This document shows positions 11,803 through 25,418 of a stretch of DNA of 64,000 nt, piece by piece. Source of the stretch: Ostrea edulis. Lineage: Eukaryota. The stretch spans positions 101,990,001-102,054,000 of the forward strand of contig NC_079165.1 in NCBI RefSeq assembly GCF_947568905.1, given 5' to 3'. How positions within the stretch are numbered: position 1 is the first letter of the stretch; each line of letters begins with the position of its first letter. Below the pieces are notes generated by a model that was not told the origin of the DNA, ran no database searches, and was given only the letters and a program-made list of their open reading frames with translations. The translations under genes were made by a program, and so were the position numbers.

Positions 11803-14800
11803 ATGTGGAGGTGGATATGTGGGATTCCAAGAGGTAACCCTTCACTGTTAACGTTTAAAGATGTAAAAATGAATGACGTAATGTGATCTAGCATCTCCAT
11901 TACTTGTAAATGTTCAAGGGCAAACAAGATTTTAAAAGATTAAAGCCAATAAATGAAGTGTTTACAAAAGTACTCACATGCTTATTATATTATGGAATCT
12001 TCTCTCAATTTAATAATAATGAAAAATAGATGAGCATGCTCTGTGGCAAAATAATTCCTAAAGACATAAATACACTAGACTGCGTACGCTATGTTTTTGT
12101 TCTAGTATTTGACACTGTGACCTACTTCTCTTGTTTTTGTCCACAGCGTTACGGCAGCACCTGCATAATCCGCGACTTTCCACCACTGCCTGTCTAGATG
12201 AAGAAAAGAACAAGAAAGACCAAACCAGATTTTGTCATGCAACCAGGTAGGTGATATCAAAACGAGGTCACATGACACGGTCCGCCGAGGAGGATAAAGG
12301 CGGCCTACTAGGCCTAGATCTCGTATATTGAATATAGGCCTACTAGATCTCGTATATTGAATATAGGCCTACTAGATCTCGTATATTGAATATAGGCCTA
12401 CTAGATCTCGTATGTTAATATAGGCCTACTAGATCTCGTAAATTGAATATAGGACTACTAGATCTCGTATATTGAATATAGGCCTACTAGATCTCGTATA
12501 TTGAATATAGGCCTACTAGATCTCGTATATTGAATAAAGGCCTACTAGATCTTGTATATTGAATATAGGCCTACTAGATCTCGTATATTGAATATAGGCC
12601 TACTAGATCTCGTATATTGAATAAAGGCCTACTAGATCTCGTATATTGAATATAGGCCTACTAGATCTCGTATATTGAATATAGGCCTACTAGATCTCGT
12701 ATATTGAATATAGGCCTACTAGATCTCGTATGTTGAATATAGGCCAACTAGATCTCATATGTTGAATATAGGCCTACTAGATCTCGTATGTTGAATATAG
12801 GCCTACTAGATCTCGTAAGTTGAATATAGGCCTACTAGATCTCGTATATTGAATATAGGCCTACTAGATCTCGTATATTGAATATAGGCCTACTAGATCT
12901 CGTATGTTGAATATAGGCCTACTAGATCTCGTATGTTGAATATAGGCCTACTAGATCTTGTAAATTGAATATAGGACTACTAGATCTCGTATATTGAATA
13001 TAGGCCTACTAGATCTCGTATATTGAATATAGGCCTACTAGATCTCGTATATTGAATAAAGGCCTACTAGATCTTGTATATTGAATATAGGCCTACTAGA
13101 TCTCGTATATTGAATATAGGCCTACTAGATCTCGTATATTGAATAAAGGCCTACTAGATCTCGTATATTGAATATAGGCCTACTAGATCTCGTATATTGA
13201 ATATAGGCCTACTAGATCTCGTATATTGAATATAGGCCTACTAGATCTCGTATGTTGAATATAGGCCAACTAGATCTCGTATGTTGAATATAGGCCTACT
13301 AGATCTCGTATGTTGAATATAGGCCTACTAGATCTCGTAAGTTGAATATAGGCCTACTAGATCTCGTATATTGAATATAGGCCTACTAGATCTCGTATAT
13401 TGAATATAGGCCTACTAGATCTCGTATATTGAATAAAGGCCTACTAGATCTCGTATATTGAATATAGGCCTACTAGATCTCGTATGTTGAATATAGGCCT
13501 ACTAGATCTCGTATATTGAATATAGGCCTACTAGATCTCGTAAGTTGAATATAGGCCTACTAGATCTCGTATATTGAATATAGGCCTACTAAATCTCGTA
13601 TATTGAATAAAGGCCTACTAGATCTCGTATATTGAATAAAGGCCTACTAGATCTCGTATATTGAATATAGGCCTATACACTACGGAAACGAATGATGTGC
13701 CACAGACATTCTTTGGGTAGGCCTATTTGTGATTTCGAAGCCTGTCTATTGATTATACAAATTATTATTTTTTAAAGCAATTTCCTTTTTTTTTTTTTTT
13801 TCTTTTCTTTTTTTTGTGTACGAAGGATCATCTTTGCTAGCCTAAGGTTTTCAGTCCACTAAATGCGAGCAGAGTGAACCGAAATATGACGAATAATAAT
13901 ATGTAAATTTTAAGTGCAATTGTGTATTGTTCACAATAAGACTTATTGCTTTATATATTTTAATTTTAGCAGACAAAACAATTTCCATGGTAAACAGAAA
14001 GATGACCATGAAGATGACAGGGAGTGGTGGAAAAACAAACCACGGTGGAATAGTTTTACATCCTCGGACACTTTAGGAGTTTTGGGATTGGTAGGCACAA
14101 AACTTCAGAGAACTACTATCTTAGTGCTTTATATTTACATGTTTTTAGATAAAACACTCAAATGGAATGTTTTGTACCATGACTAATTTTTAAAATGCCA
14201 AATTTTAAATCTTTTATAGAGTTATTGTTAAATTAGTCTAATTTTATATTCATCAACACACAATTCAGGCCAAGTGGGATTAGATAAATCAGGACAACAT
14301 TTTCCCAATGTAAATTGTGCATCTTTTTGCAGGGTGCAATTGTTTACCTTAGCCTTCAGATTTCAAGATGTCACCAAAAAGTGAGAGAGAGAAAGGAGAA
14401 GCCTGTTTATGCCAGGAATTGTTTGCTCTCACAAATTTCCCAGATAGCATATTGTCTGCCATCAACCGTCAGAAGATTTGGCGATCAGGGAGGAAGGCTG
14501 CAGGACAGTGGAAAGATTCCAGTAGAAAGGGTAGGTCCTGTATGTGGAAATTCTCACACAATAACTTCTTAATGAATTTCGTTTCAAGCATAAAATATCA
14601 GAAGGGAAAAAATTTCATGAACTCAGCACAAAAAAATATTGGTTGCAAGCTTCAAAATTTTTTAATTTCATTTCATTTAAAACTAGGGAAACAAAGAGGA
14701 TCCATTGGAAAAAGTATTGAATGAGTTTGAAAATGTAGTGCAGAAGTATGTGGCTGTAGCTAAAAACATTCAAGCTCAGCGTAAAGCAAAGACAGGGGAG

Positions 14801-17800
14801 ATGACTGAGGCAGTCAGCATGTGGGAAGAGGCCAGCGATATGGGATACTCCCGATCCCAGTTCAACCTTGGCCTCAGCTATGAAACAGGTCATGGAGTCA
14901 CAAAGGATGCTAGGAAGGTATGTGAGAAAGATAGGATTCTGTTGCTTCAGTGAATGAAATGGGTGGATTAAATATTTGTAAAATGTGTAAATTCTTCATC
15001 AGGTAGTGTTAATTAAGCTTGGAAAGGTGAAAATTGTTTCAGTCGATAGCGTAGATATTATTGCATACTGTTTTGGTGACAGACATTTTTATAATTCTTT
15101 ATGTTTTAGACGGTATTTGAATGCATAATATTTTCTTCAGGCTGCTAAGTATTACAAGTTAGCTGCAGCTGAGAACCATGCCCAGGCTATGTATAACCTT
15201 GCCCTTATGTACCAGGAAGGGGAGGGGATATCACAGAATACAGACAAAGCTACCAGTCTGATGGAGAAAGCAGCGGATCTTGGACTGGCTCAGGTAAATA
15301 AAGTCAAACCAGTATCATAGAAATTAATATCATGAAGTCTCATACCTTACATGTGATTTATTGGTTATTGAAAACAATTATGTTGTAGGCCCAAACATAC
15401 CTTGGGGTGCATTATACAGAACCTGACTGTCAGAACTTCAACAAGGCTGTGTCACTTTTCAGTGAGGCTGCAAAACAAGAGGTTTGCATACTAATTGTAT
15501 TTGTTCTATGAATTTTCTTTCACTGATATTTCATTTCAAAATAAATAATGTAATTTTGAAAGAAATTACAAATGGGGAGTTGGAAGTTCAGAGAATGATA
15601 TTTGATGAATGTTGTAGCATCCTGAGGCACAGTACTTCCTGGGAATTTGCTATGAGCAGGGCTGGGGAGTAGAGGTAAATGAGTGCAAGGCAGCCCACCT
15701 GTACTCACAAGCAGCCCAGTCTGGGCATGATGGAGCTCTGTATAATCTGGCCGTGTTTCATGAACATGGAATAGGAGGTAAGGTCTAGTTTCCATTAGTT
15801 CGAAAGATATCATGAACATGTTTTTGTATTACAAGAAATTGATATACAAATGTTTAAATGTCTGTACATTTATTATACCCCCCGAACGAAGTTCTGGGGG
15901 GTTTATAGGAATCACTCTGTCTGTCCGTCTGTCTGTCTGTCTCCAGATTCGTGTCCGGGCCATAACTTCTTTGTTCTTTGACATAGGCATACCATATTTG
16001 GCACACAGGTGGATCACCATAAGACGATGTGTCATGTACCTTCTTGACCTCTATTTGACCTTGACCTTGAGGTCAAAATTAAAGGTTTTTTACAATGGAT
16101 TCGTGTCCAGGCCATAACTTCTTTGTTCTTTGACATAGGCATACCATATTTGACACATGAGTGTATCACCATGAAACGATGCGTCATGTACCTTCATGAC
16201 CTCCATATGACCTTGACCTCAAGGTCAAAATTAAAGGTTTTTACAATGGATTCGTGTCAGGGCCATGACTTCTTTGTTCTTTGACATAGGTATACCATAT
16301 TTGACACATGAGTATATCTCCATGAAACGATGTGTCAGGTACCTTCATTACCTCTATATGACCTTGAACTTTGACCTCAAAGTCAAAATTGATGATAGGG
16401 TTTTGACATAGTCATACCATAAGACATGGGTGTATCACCATGAGACTGTGTCATGTACATTCATGACCTCTTTATGACCTTGACCTTTGATCTCAAGGTC
16501 AACATTATAGGTTTTTGCCATGGATTTGTGTTCGGACTATATCTTCCAATTTCTTCTATGAAGGCATACCTTATTTTGACACTCAGGAAAGAGGTAATTT
16601 ATACCTATTAACAACACCCTTTGGGAGATTGGGGTAAGCGGGGGGTATACTTAGTGAGCATTGCTCACAGTACATCTTGTTTTGACTGTCTCTTATTATA
16701 CCCCCCGCAACAAGTTGTGGGGGGGTATACTGGAATCGGGTTGTCCGTCTGTCCGTCCGTCCGTCTGTAGACGCAATGGTTTCCGGGCTCTAAAACATTA
16801 TCCTTTCCAACTACCGTCACCATATCATATATATGGACTACCCATGGGATGAAGATGTTCCCTATCGATTTTGGGGTCAAAAGGTCAAAGGTCAAGCGCA
16901 CTGGACATCGAAGTAGCAATATGGTTTCCGGGCTCTAAAGCGTTATCCTTTCCAACTACAGTCACCATATCATACATATGGACTACCCATGGGATGAAGA
17001 TGTTCCCTATCGATTTTGGGGTCAAAAGGTCAAAGGTCACGCGCACTGGACATCGAAGTAGCAATATGGTTTCCGGGCTCTAAAGCGTTATCCTTTCCAC
17101 CTACAGTCACCATATCATACATATGGACTACCCATGGATGAAGATGTTCCCTATCAATTTTGGGGTCAAAAGGTCAAAGGTCAAGCACACTGGACATCGA
17201 AGTAGCAATATGGTTTCCGGGCTCTAAAGCGTTATCCTTTCCACCTACAGTCACCATATCATACATATGGACTACCCATGGGATGAAGATGTTCCCTATC
17301 AATTTTGGGGTCAAAAGGTCAAAGGTCAAGCACACTGGACATCGAAGTAGCAATATGGTTTCCGGGCTCTAAAGCGTTATCCTTTCCACCTACAGTCACC
17401 ATATCATACATATGGACTACCCATGAGATGAAGATGTTCCCTATCGATTTCGGGGTCAAAAGGTCAAAGGTCACGCGCACTGGACATTGAAGTAGCAATA
17501 TGGTTCGGTTTGTCATGCCATTTGTTTTTTACACTCAGAAAAGAGGTAGTTTATACCTATTACCAACATCCTTTGGGAGATTGGAGTAAGCGGGGGGTAT
17601 TCTTAGTGAGCATTGCTCACAGTACCTCTTGTCTTTTTACAGGATTACCTGAGGATTTAATATCAGCAGAGGAGCTATACCGAAAATCTGCAAACCTTGG
17701 TAATGAAATGGCAGGAGAAAAAGTCTTGGAAATTGATGCCAAGAGGGTGGTTAAACCATGGAAGGGGAACTATCCAAGCTGTAAAATGGACGAATTCCTG

Positions 17801-18431
17801 TATGATATAGGTATATGTTAGTATTTATCAATCATTTTCACTGCAGCACATTTATTAGTACATTTAAATCAGTCCTATCATGTAATTTTGACTGATATTC
17901 CTGACTGTATGTTGGCTGTAACACCCACTAATGCATTTTGTAATTTTAGACCAGTTCCGTGATAGCCAAAATGACAGTGCCAGTGTATCTCCTGGAAGAG
18001 AGGACAGAAAGTTTATACTTCAAAGTGAACAGAAAACAGATTTAAAGGGAAATACCTCCAAGATCTCTCTCCACTCGTCTTCCTCTTCTCCGTCTCTATC
18101 GGAGTATGTTCGCCAGCACTTCTCACAGCTACAGATTGGGGCGGTTCCTGTCTCTGATCTTCTGCCACTACTTTCCACTCACGAGTCGGGAGAAGTGTGG
18201 CATCCTCAGTTTGGGAGCCCCAAAATCACCTCCCCTGTCTCTCCCTCCGTGTTGTTCACACTGGGAGATGAGGATGAGGAGCTGATGGCCGTTAACAGAT
18301 TGAACCTTGCTGTTCGTCAGACGGACATACAGTTCCAGATCCCAGAAAAGAACCATCACCATTTCTGCTCGATGATACAGAGGAACTCCACCATGCCAGA
18401 TCTACAAAGTCAGGCAGTGTCCTGTGTTTGA
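11803..18431 (+). CDS. DELE1: DELE1-like (death ligand signal enhancer) SEL1-repeat protein, 10 exons
   Basis: Exons 11803-11833, 12147-12246, 13970-14090, 14333-14530, 14687-14917, 15141-15293, 15389-15481, 15618-15777, 17643-17810 and 17950-18431 are phase-compatible GT-AG. The MWRW start is presequence-like, and [21 protein letters not shown] resembles the DELE1 hydrophobic segment. SEL1 repeats include [29 protein letters not shown] and [15 protein letters not shown]. Confidence 0.82.
12309..13675. repeat. 29-bp minisatellite, about 47 copies, in DELE1 intron 2
   Basis: Unit ggcctactagatctcgtatattgaatata, with period 29 (12366 to 12395). Confidence 0.97.
15869..16681 (+). mobile_element. 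Helentron-associated (HINE/pearl-like) element A in DELE1 intron 8
   Basis: 5' hairpin ataccccccg...ggggggtttata, a (gtct) microsatellite and tandem internal repeats. The 3' end has subTIR gcggggggtat plus palindrome gtgagcattgctcac. Confidence 0.8.
16694..17632 (+). mobile_element. Helentron-associated element B with 145-bp internal tandem repeats, in DELE1 intron 8
   Basis: Same terminal architecture as element A, with about 5 copies of a 145-bp unit (ggtcaaaaggtcaaaggtc...). The same family recurs at 28719 and 40728. Confidence 0.88.
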
Positions 18432-19445
18432 TTATTTCCTTCTTATTAATATGTTTTTATAAGGCATTCTCATTTGAAGGTACAATGTAATATGGCATAT
18501 AGTATGATTTTGTCCGATTTAAATGCACATTTAAGTACTGTAGCTTATAAAAAATGACAAAATTATAGAATACAGAACCATTGATATTTTTGGTTGTGTT
18601 TAACAATTTTTGCATTTTAGAACTGTGCACATTGCAAATACTTGAGAAATTCACGACATGATAGTAAATGGTCCATTAAAATGCCAAGGGTTTTTCTTTT
18701 ACATGTGTCTCCTATCTTAACATTTCTCTTGTACTTTTCAGCTAGGATTTACAATTTCCTTTACAAATTTTGTTTAGGGCTAGTTTCTACACTATGACAG
18801 TGTATCGAAGAAACAAATGTGCATGTAATGTAAGAATTTGAGATGTTTGCGAAAGTTCCAGTGTAGCATTTATAAACTCCTTTGTTGACAGCTTCATTAT
18901 TACAAAAGTCCTATGATATTGATATTTTTAATACTTTTTATTTGTGTTTGATATTGATTTATTTTAATTCATCAGTTTGGATAAGATATTCTCGATTGTG
19001 ATTTTGAATTCCAGCACAACAGATTTTATCAATCATAAGTTACAGTTCAGGTTTGATTTATTGTATGTACAAGATTGTTCTTCACAAATTTCAACTCGTT
19101 CTTCATTTTACAAATATCATTACGTAATACTCACATTTTCTTTGAGGAATGTTTATGCAGTTTAAGTAGGTGTTCTGAGCCTCACAGAATTTTGATGGTG
19201 TTTTTAATACATTTGTGTTCATTCATTTATTTTGTTTCCTCTTAGGTGGAATTTATTTGGTAAAGTGCTACATATCTTATTCTACTTCATACTAATTGTG
19301 CTCCATGCCAGCACACTAAACTCACCCAGCAATGTCCTGACATTAATCAGAGCTTTGTTAACACTTGTTATTGTTTACAGTCGTATTTCTACACACAGTT
19401 TGAAAATAAACATGTCATTGGTGTGTAGTTCAGCGTTTGATTATT

Positions 19446-19612
19446 AGCTCACCTGAGCCAAAGGCTTCTCTGATCAAAATTTGTCGGACGTCTGTTGCAT
19501 TTGTCACCATTAACTTTTCACATTTTCATCTTCTTCAGAACCACATGGCCAATTTCAATTAAACTTGGCACAAATCAGCGAGTGGAGAGGATTCAAGTTT
19601 CTTTAAGGTATC
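19446..19612 (+). mobile_element. Pearl/Helentron-like element fragment
   Basis: Begins ttattagctcacctgagcc. Similar sequence resumes near 20930 and 26440. Confidence 0.5.
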
Positions 19613-19857
19613 CGACCTACTAATGCATTTATTTTTACAACAAGAGGCCCACAGGTCTTATCGGTCACCTGAGTACTAGTGGAAAAGTACCACTACTTCC
19701 ATGGGCTATGAAATCTAGAATAAAATTTCCTGTTCTGAATATATAAGCTAAATTCTAATGTTCAGCAACAATATAAAACAAAATGTGTTCTTAAAACTTT
19801 ACTGCCCTCTAAAGTGCATACACTGATGAAAGGCTTTAAATAATAGGTGTATTGACA

Positions 19858-20360
19858 TTACTTACTTACTTAGTCCTCTTCGTGCTTGTCAGCACATCAG
19901 GCCGTCACCAGAGACTCCCATGTTGGTCTGTCCTGTGCCCATTTCTGGACCTGTCCCCAACTCCAGTTGTTATCGTTCATTTCTTTCTCCACCGATCATC
20001 TCCTGGTCTCTCTTGGTCTTCCTCTCTTTCTCTTGCCAGTTGGTGACCATTTCAAAGCAACCCTTGGGATGGAATTTGGGTACATTCTGCATACATGTCC
20101 TATCCACAGCCATTTTCTCTTTCTGATCGTCTGGGATAGAGGAGTGGTGTTTGTCCTTTTGTACAGTTCATCATTTGAGATGGTGTTAGGCCTGAAGATG
20201 CCCAATATTCTGCGAAGACATCAGGTCTGAAATACATCCAGTTTGTTGGAAATAGACTTGGTTACTTTCTAGGATTCAGCACGGTATAGTAGGACCCCAT
20301 GGACGTTGCTCTTGAAGATCTTAATTTTGGTGTTGGTGCTAAACTTTGTTGACCTCCAGA
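19858..20360 (-). mobile_element. 5'-truncated RTE-clade LINE fragment
   Basis: Minus-strand translation ...LYKRTNTTPLSQTIRKRKWLWIGHV...ALKWSPTGKRKRGRPRET is an RTE ORF C-terminus. A (TAAG)n tail is seen as ttacttacttac at 19858-19872. Confidence 0.85.
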
Positions 20361-21202
20361 TTATTATCTGTATTATTAGTATTAACATTAAAAACATCAA
20401 AAGATATGACTAATTTGGACTCATCCTAAAGTCATAACCCTGGATTATGAAATTCACCATTTTTTGTATATCCTTTTCTGCTATTCCTAAGTATGCATTT
20501 AGATTTTATACAGTATCAGCAAACTTGCACATAAATACTCTATACTAAGTTTGGCCCTACCCTGGGGTCAGAACCCTTACTCTGGGGATCATCGAATTTA
20601 CAATTTTGGTAAATGACTACCTGCTCTATCTATTTACTTTCAATTATCAACATCACTATTATATATTTTCACAATTTGTATGGTGACCTTTACTTTTCTT
20701 TGCATATTTTGAAAGACCATGGTAATATGAATCCTTTCACCATGAGCTTTCTTTGGAAATCATATTCTAATTGACTTTATGTGTCAAAAATGTATTTTTC
20801 TCATAAGGATTAATGTTAATCTCTATAACGGATATTTCTCATATGTCTTGTAAATTTTTGAAAATTATTTTGGTGAATCACTGTAAGTTCATTATCTTTC
20901 ATTTGATACCAAGTTTCGCAGTACATAACAATAAATTCTTGAAAAACAAATTGGGAGTTTTGGGGATCGGATACCTTAAATGAAGGGTCATGCCCCCTTC
21001 AAAGGAAAGATAATCAAGAACTGCATCATCACAGCTCAGGCTCTACTGCACTGAACAAAAACCATTATTTGAAAAATACTGCAATTTGAAAAGCTGAAAA
21101 AGGAGGGTTGAGCATGGGGCCAGCTACCTTGTAAAAGAAATTTAATCTACAGAAACACCTAAGAGAGATAAGGAAGAAAGGATTCTTCATCAAGAAGTAT
21201 AT

Positions 21203-23046
21203 TAAGAGAGGGTGCTGACAATGAGGTCCTTTATCACCTTATATATTTCTAATATGTGCAGAAATTCTAGCAATATACAAATAAGGAAAAATATTAAAGG
21301 CATAATTATTGGAAATATTGGGGGGAAAAATTCTCAACTGGCTGACGACACTTCATTTATTCTCGATGGAAGTGAACAGAGTCTGTTGGAAACTCTAAGG
21401 ACCTTACAAAGATTTTCGGAAATGTCTGGCTTATGTATCAACTATTCTAAAACTCACACCGTATGGATTGGCTAAAAAAAAAAATTACAGTAATGACATT
21501 TTATTACCCAACAGTAATCTCAAATGGGGAACTACTAAATTCACCCTGTTAGGAATTATTCTTGATGTTGAATTGCACAAAATGCCTAAGCTAAATTATG
21601 ATCCAAAATTTGTAAATATCAAATCCATTCTAAATCAATGGGGGAAAAGACATTTAACCCCCATTGGCAAGATTACAGTCATTAAAACATTAGTTCTACC
21701 CCTATTGAATCATATTTTTATGTCTATCCCCAACCCATCTGTGTTTTATTGTAAAGAATTAGAAAAAATGTTCTTCTCATTTGTATGGAATGGTTCAACT
21801 CGTAGAGTAAAAAAAGATGTCCTTGTTAAGAAATATGAAGATGGGGGTCTAAAGATGATTAATCTAAAATCTTTCATAGCATCAATGAAATTATTCTAGA
21901 TACGACAACTTATTTCTACAAACAGGGGATTTTTTAATAACTTAATTACCTGGCTTTGAACTGACTATGTTCATTTCTTGTGGGATTGAGTATGTCAAAT
22001 TACTCTTGAAATCCTTAAAAAAAACCTTTTGGATAGATGTATTCAAATCCTGGATTGAACTACAAAATGCTGATACAGAATCAAATACTACTGCAGATAC
22101 ACCTCTATTTTATAATCATATGATTCATATTGGTGGGAAAACTTCTTTTAATAAACAACTCTTTGACAGTAACATTATTATTATTGAAGAAGATGGTATT
22201 TTTTTTAAGGTATGAAATTTTTTGTGATACTTGTTCGAATGTGAAAATCATGCAAAATTGCAATTTTTTAGAATCATTCATGCAATAAAGACATGGAGAA
22301 AGTCCAAATGCTTTTATGAACTTCTCAACAAAAATTCCTCTGTGACAACAGGCAAAACAAGATGGAGTGCACTCTTAGAAATAGATAATACTGACTGAGT
22401 GGAAAATAATCCACAAAATACCATTCATAATAACAAAAAATGGTTCCAATATAGAATACTTAATAAAAATTTTAGCAACAAACTCATTTTTATTTAAAAT
22501 AAAAAAAAAGTGAACTCAAAAATGTGTAGCTTTTGTCACAACGAGGAAGAAACAATAGAACATATAATATGGGAATGTAATTGTGTTCAATCATTTCTAG
22601 CTGATTTCGAAGCTAGTTTACTTAGAACAGAAAACAAATTGTCAACGATCTAAGCCTTTACAAAAAAGTCTTTTATAGTAGGCATCCTCGAGAAAAACAA
22701 GGGTATACAAAATATTCTCATCCTTTGGTTAAAGTATTATATCTATACAGCAAGGTGTACAGAGAAAAATTTGAGTGCGTTCTGCAATATCATTTTTAAA
22801 GTTATTTTATGAAACACAAAAATTCATTTCTTATAAAAATGGTGATACTGAAAATTTTGATGTGCCCTTTGGAACAGATGGAACCAAATATTTTCATAGC
22901 TCTCTCTCTACTTCTTTCTTTTTCTCTCTCTAAAAGAAATAAACACTTCTGTAATTCTATAATACATGTATATATTATGAAGATATACCATGAACTATGT
23001 ACAGAATGTTGAAAAATAATAAAAAATATATATATATAAAAAAAAA
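21203..23046 (+). mobile_element. 5'-truncated L1/Tx1-clade LINE (ORF2 remnant) inserted in the RTE
   Basis: LADDT motif, SGLCINYSKT, KITVIKTLVLPL and a CSFC...ETIEHIIWEC zinc knuckle. It ends in an A-rich tail and has an 11-bp TSD aagaagtatat (21192-21202, 23047-23057). Confidence 0.88.
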
Positions 23047-25418
23047 AAGAAGTATATGGAAACCAGAATCTGGAAGCTACAAGGCCGACCACCATTCTCT
23101 CCACCAGGGCAATCAACATTGGAGTATGAAAGGCGAGAACCATGTACGAAGCAGGCAAGACAGCTCAAGTGGCTGCAGAGATGTGTGGAACTGTGCTATA
23201 TGCAAGCTAACCCTGCTGGGACTAAGTGAAACATATGATAGACAGTCCGGACAGAAAAGACCTGTGACTGGTGAGATGCTGCTGTACTCAGAACATGAGG
23301 AAGAAGATGCCCCACACACCCAAGGAGTTGCCCTGATGCTGTCTAAAACAGCTCAAAGAGTATTAATCGGATGGGAAGCTCATGGCCCAAGGATCATTAC
23401 AGCATCTTTCTGGACCAAGGAAAAAAGATAATGATGAATGTAGTGCAGTCCTATGCTCCTACAAATGACAGTGCTGATGTTAAAGATCAGTTCTACAATA
23501 GACTGCAGACCATCCTTGAAAGTTTCTCAAATAGACATATGTCAATAACCTGATGGGAGACTTCAATGTGAAAGTAGGAAATGATAACATCTGGTATGAA
23601 TTAAGAGGTGATGGGAGTTTGTAGACTTGGCGGCATGAATGAAAATGGGGAGAGATTTTCTAATATGTCCGCTCTCATCAACCTAGTGATCGGAAGCAGT
23701 GTCTACTTACACAGGAAGATACACAAGGCAACTTGGGTTTCACCGGACGGCTGCACTGAAAACCAAATAGATCATGTCTGCATCGCCAAGAAGTTCAGAA
23801 GGTCTCTACAGGATCTCAGGGTGAAGCGAGGAGCTGACATCAGGTTGGATCACCACCTACTGGTAGATCATCTCAAACTGAAACTAAAGAATTAAGGATT
23901 GGATGGGACCAGCAGTACATGTACAGAGACACAAGTACAACACATGTTCTCTGAGGGATGCACAGGAGAGAGGAATTCAAAATGCCTCTGAAAAACAAGT
24001 GCTGCAGGAACTGATAGAAGAAAACGAAGATATTATCGACAGCAAGTGGAATAAAGTGAAGGAAGCAGTGACGGAGACCTGTAGTGACAATCTAGGTCCC
24101 ATTAGGTACCAGCATAAAGAATGGCTGTCAGCAGAGATGAAGATGTTCCAAGATAGAAAGGAGAAGAAAGCAGTTGTAAATAATAGTAGAACCAGAGCTG
24201 AAAAAAAAACAAAGAGCACAAGAGGAATGCACTCAAGCAAATAGGACAGTAGAGAAAAGCATTAGAGATGATAAGAGAAGTTACATCGACAGTCTGGCAT
24301 CACAAGCAGAAGAGGCAGCGAGAAATGGAAACATGAAGGACTTGTACAGCACCAAAGAAATTGTCTGGAAAGTTTAGCAAGCCTGAAAGGCAAGTAAAAA
24401 GCAAACATGGGAGAGGAACAACAACACAGCTGATGGAAAAAACACTTTGAAGAGCTGCTAAATAAACCAGCACCACCTAATTCACCAGACATACCATCAG
24501 CAGAGGAACATCTCCCCATAGACTGCAAACCGTCCACCAGACAGGAAATCTGTAAAGCAATAAAGCAGTTGAAGAACAGCAAAGCAGCAGACCCAGACAG
24601 TATTCCAGCGAAACATTAAAGGTGGACCTAGACATTACCAAAGATATGCTTTTCCATTGCTTGAAAAGATCTGGAAGGAGGAGAAGATACACACAGATTG
24701 GAAGGCGGGATACCATATTAAGATACCTAAGAAGGGTGACCTCAGCAAATGTGCCAACTACCAAGGGATTATGCTCGTCTGCACCAGGGAAAGTGTTCAA
24801 CGGGATCATTCTGAACAGAATTAAGACCAAGTAGATGCTCGCCTAAGGGACTAGGAAGCAGGCTTCTGTAAAGAAGATCCTGCACAGACCAGATAGCTAC
24901 CTTCCACATCATTGTTGAGCAGTCCTTGGAATGGAATTCGCCGCTCTGCATCAACTTTGTAGATTATGAGAAGGCTTTCAATAGACTGGACATGAAAACC
25001 CTCTGGAACCTACTCTGTACAAGATAGTAACATCATCGAGAACTCTTATGATGTGATGACCTGCAGAGTAATCCATGGATGCCAGCTTACAGAGGCTTTC
25101 AAGGTGAAAACCAGAGTTCGTCAAGGGTGCTTGCTCTCCCTTTTTCTATTCCAGCTTGACATCGACTGGATAATGAAGATGGCGATGGTCAACACAACAA
25201 CAGGAATCCAGTGGACATTTCAAGCAACTTGACGATCTCGACTTCACAGATGACCTACCACTACTGTCCAATACCTGACAACAAAAGCAGGAGAAGACCA
25301 ACAACCTAGCATCCACCTCAGCGCAAGTAGGCCTAAACATCAACAAGGGGAAGACCAAGATCCTCAAGGTTAAGACCATCAGCAGCGAACCAATCAAGCC
25401 AGAAAATGAAACACTAGA

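Noticed and set aside
12309-13675. Tandem arrays (29, 50, 72 and 145 bp) as CRISPR-like arrays
   Set aside because: There are no unique spacers and no cas genes, and the context is eukaryotic and intronic.
16661-17516. Cluster of 60-110-aa ORFs ([15 protein letters not shown]...), also at 28.8-29.9 kb and 40.7-41.5 kb
   Set aside because: These are translations of the 145-bp tandem unit of a non-autonomous element.
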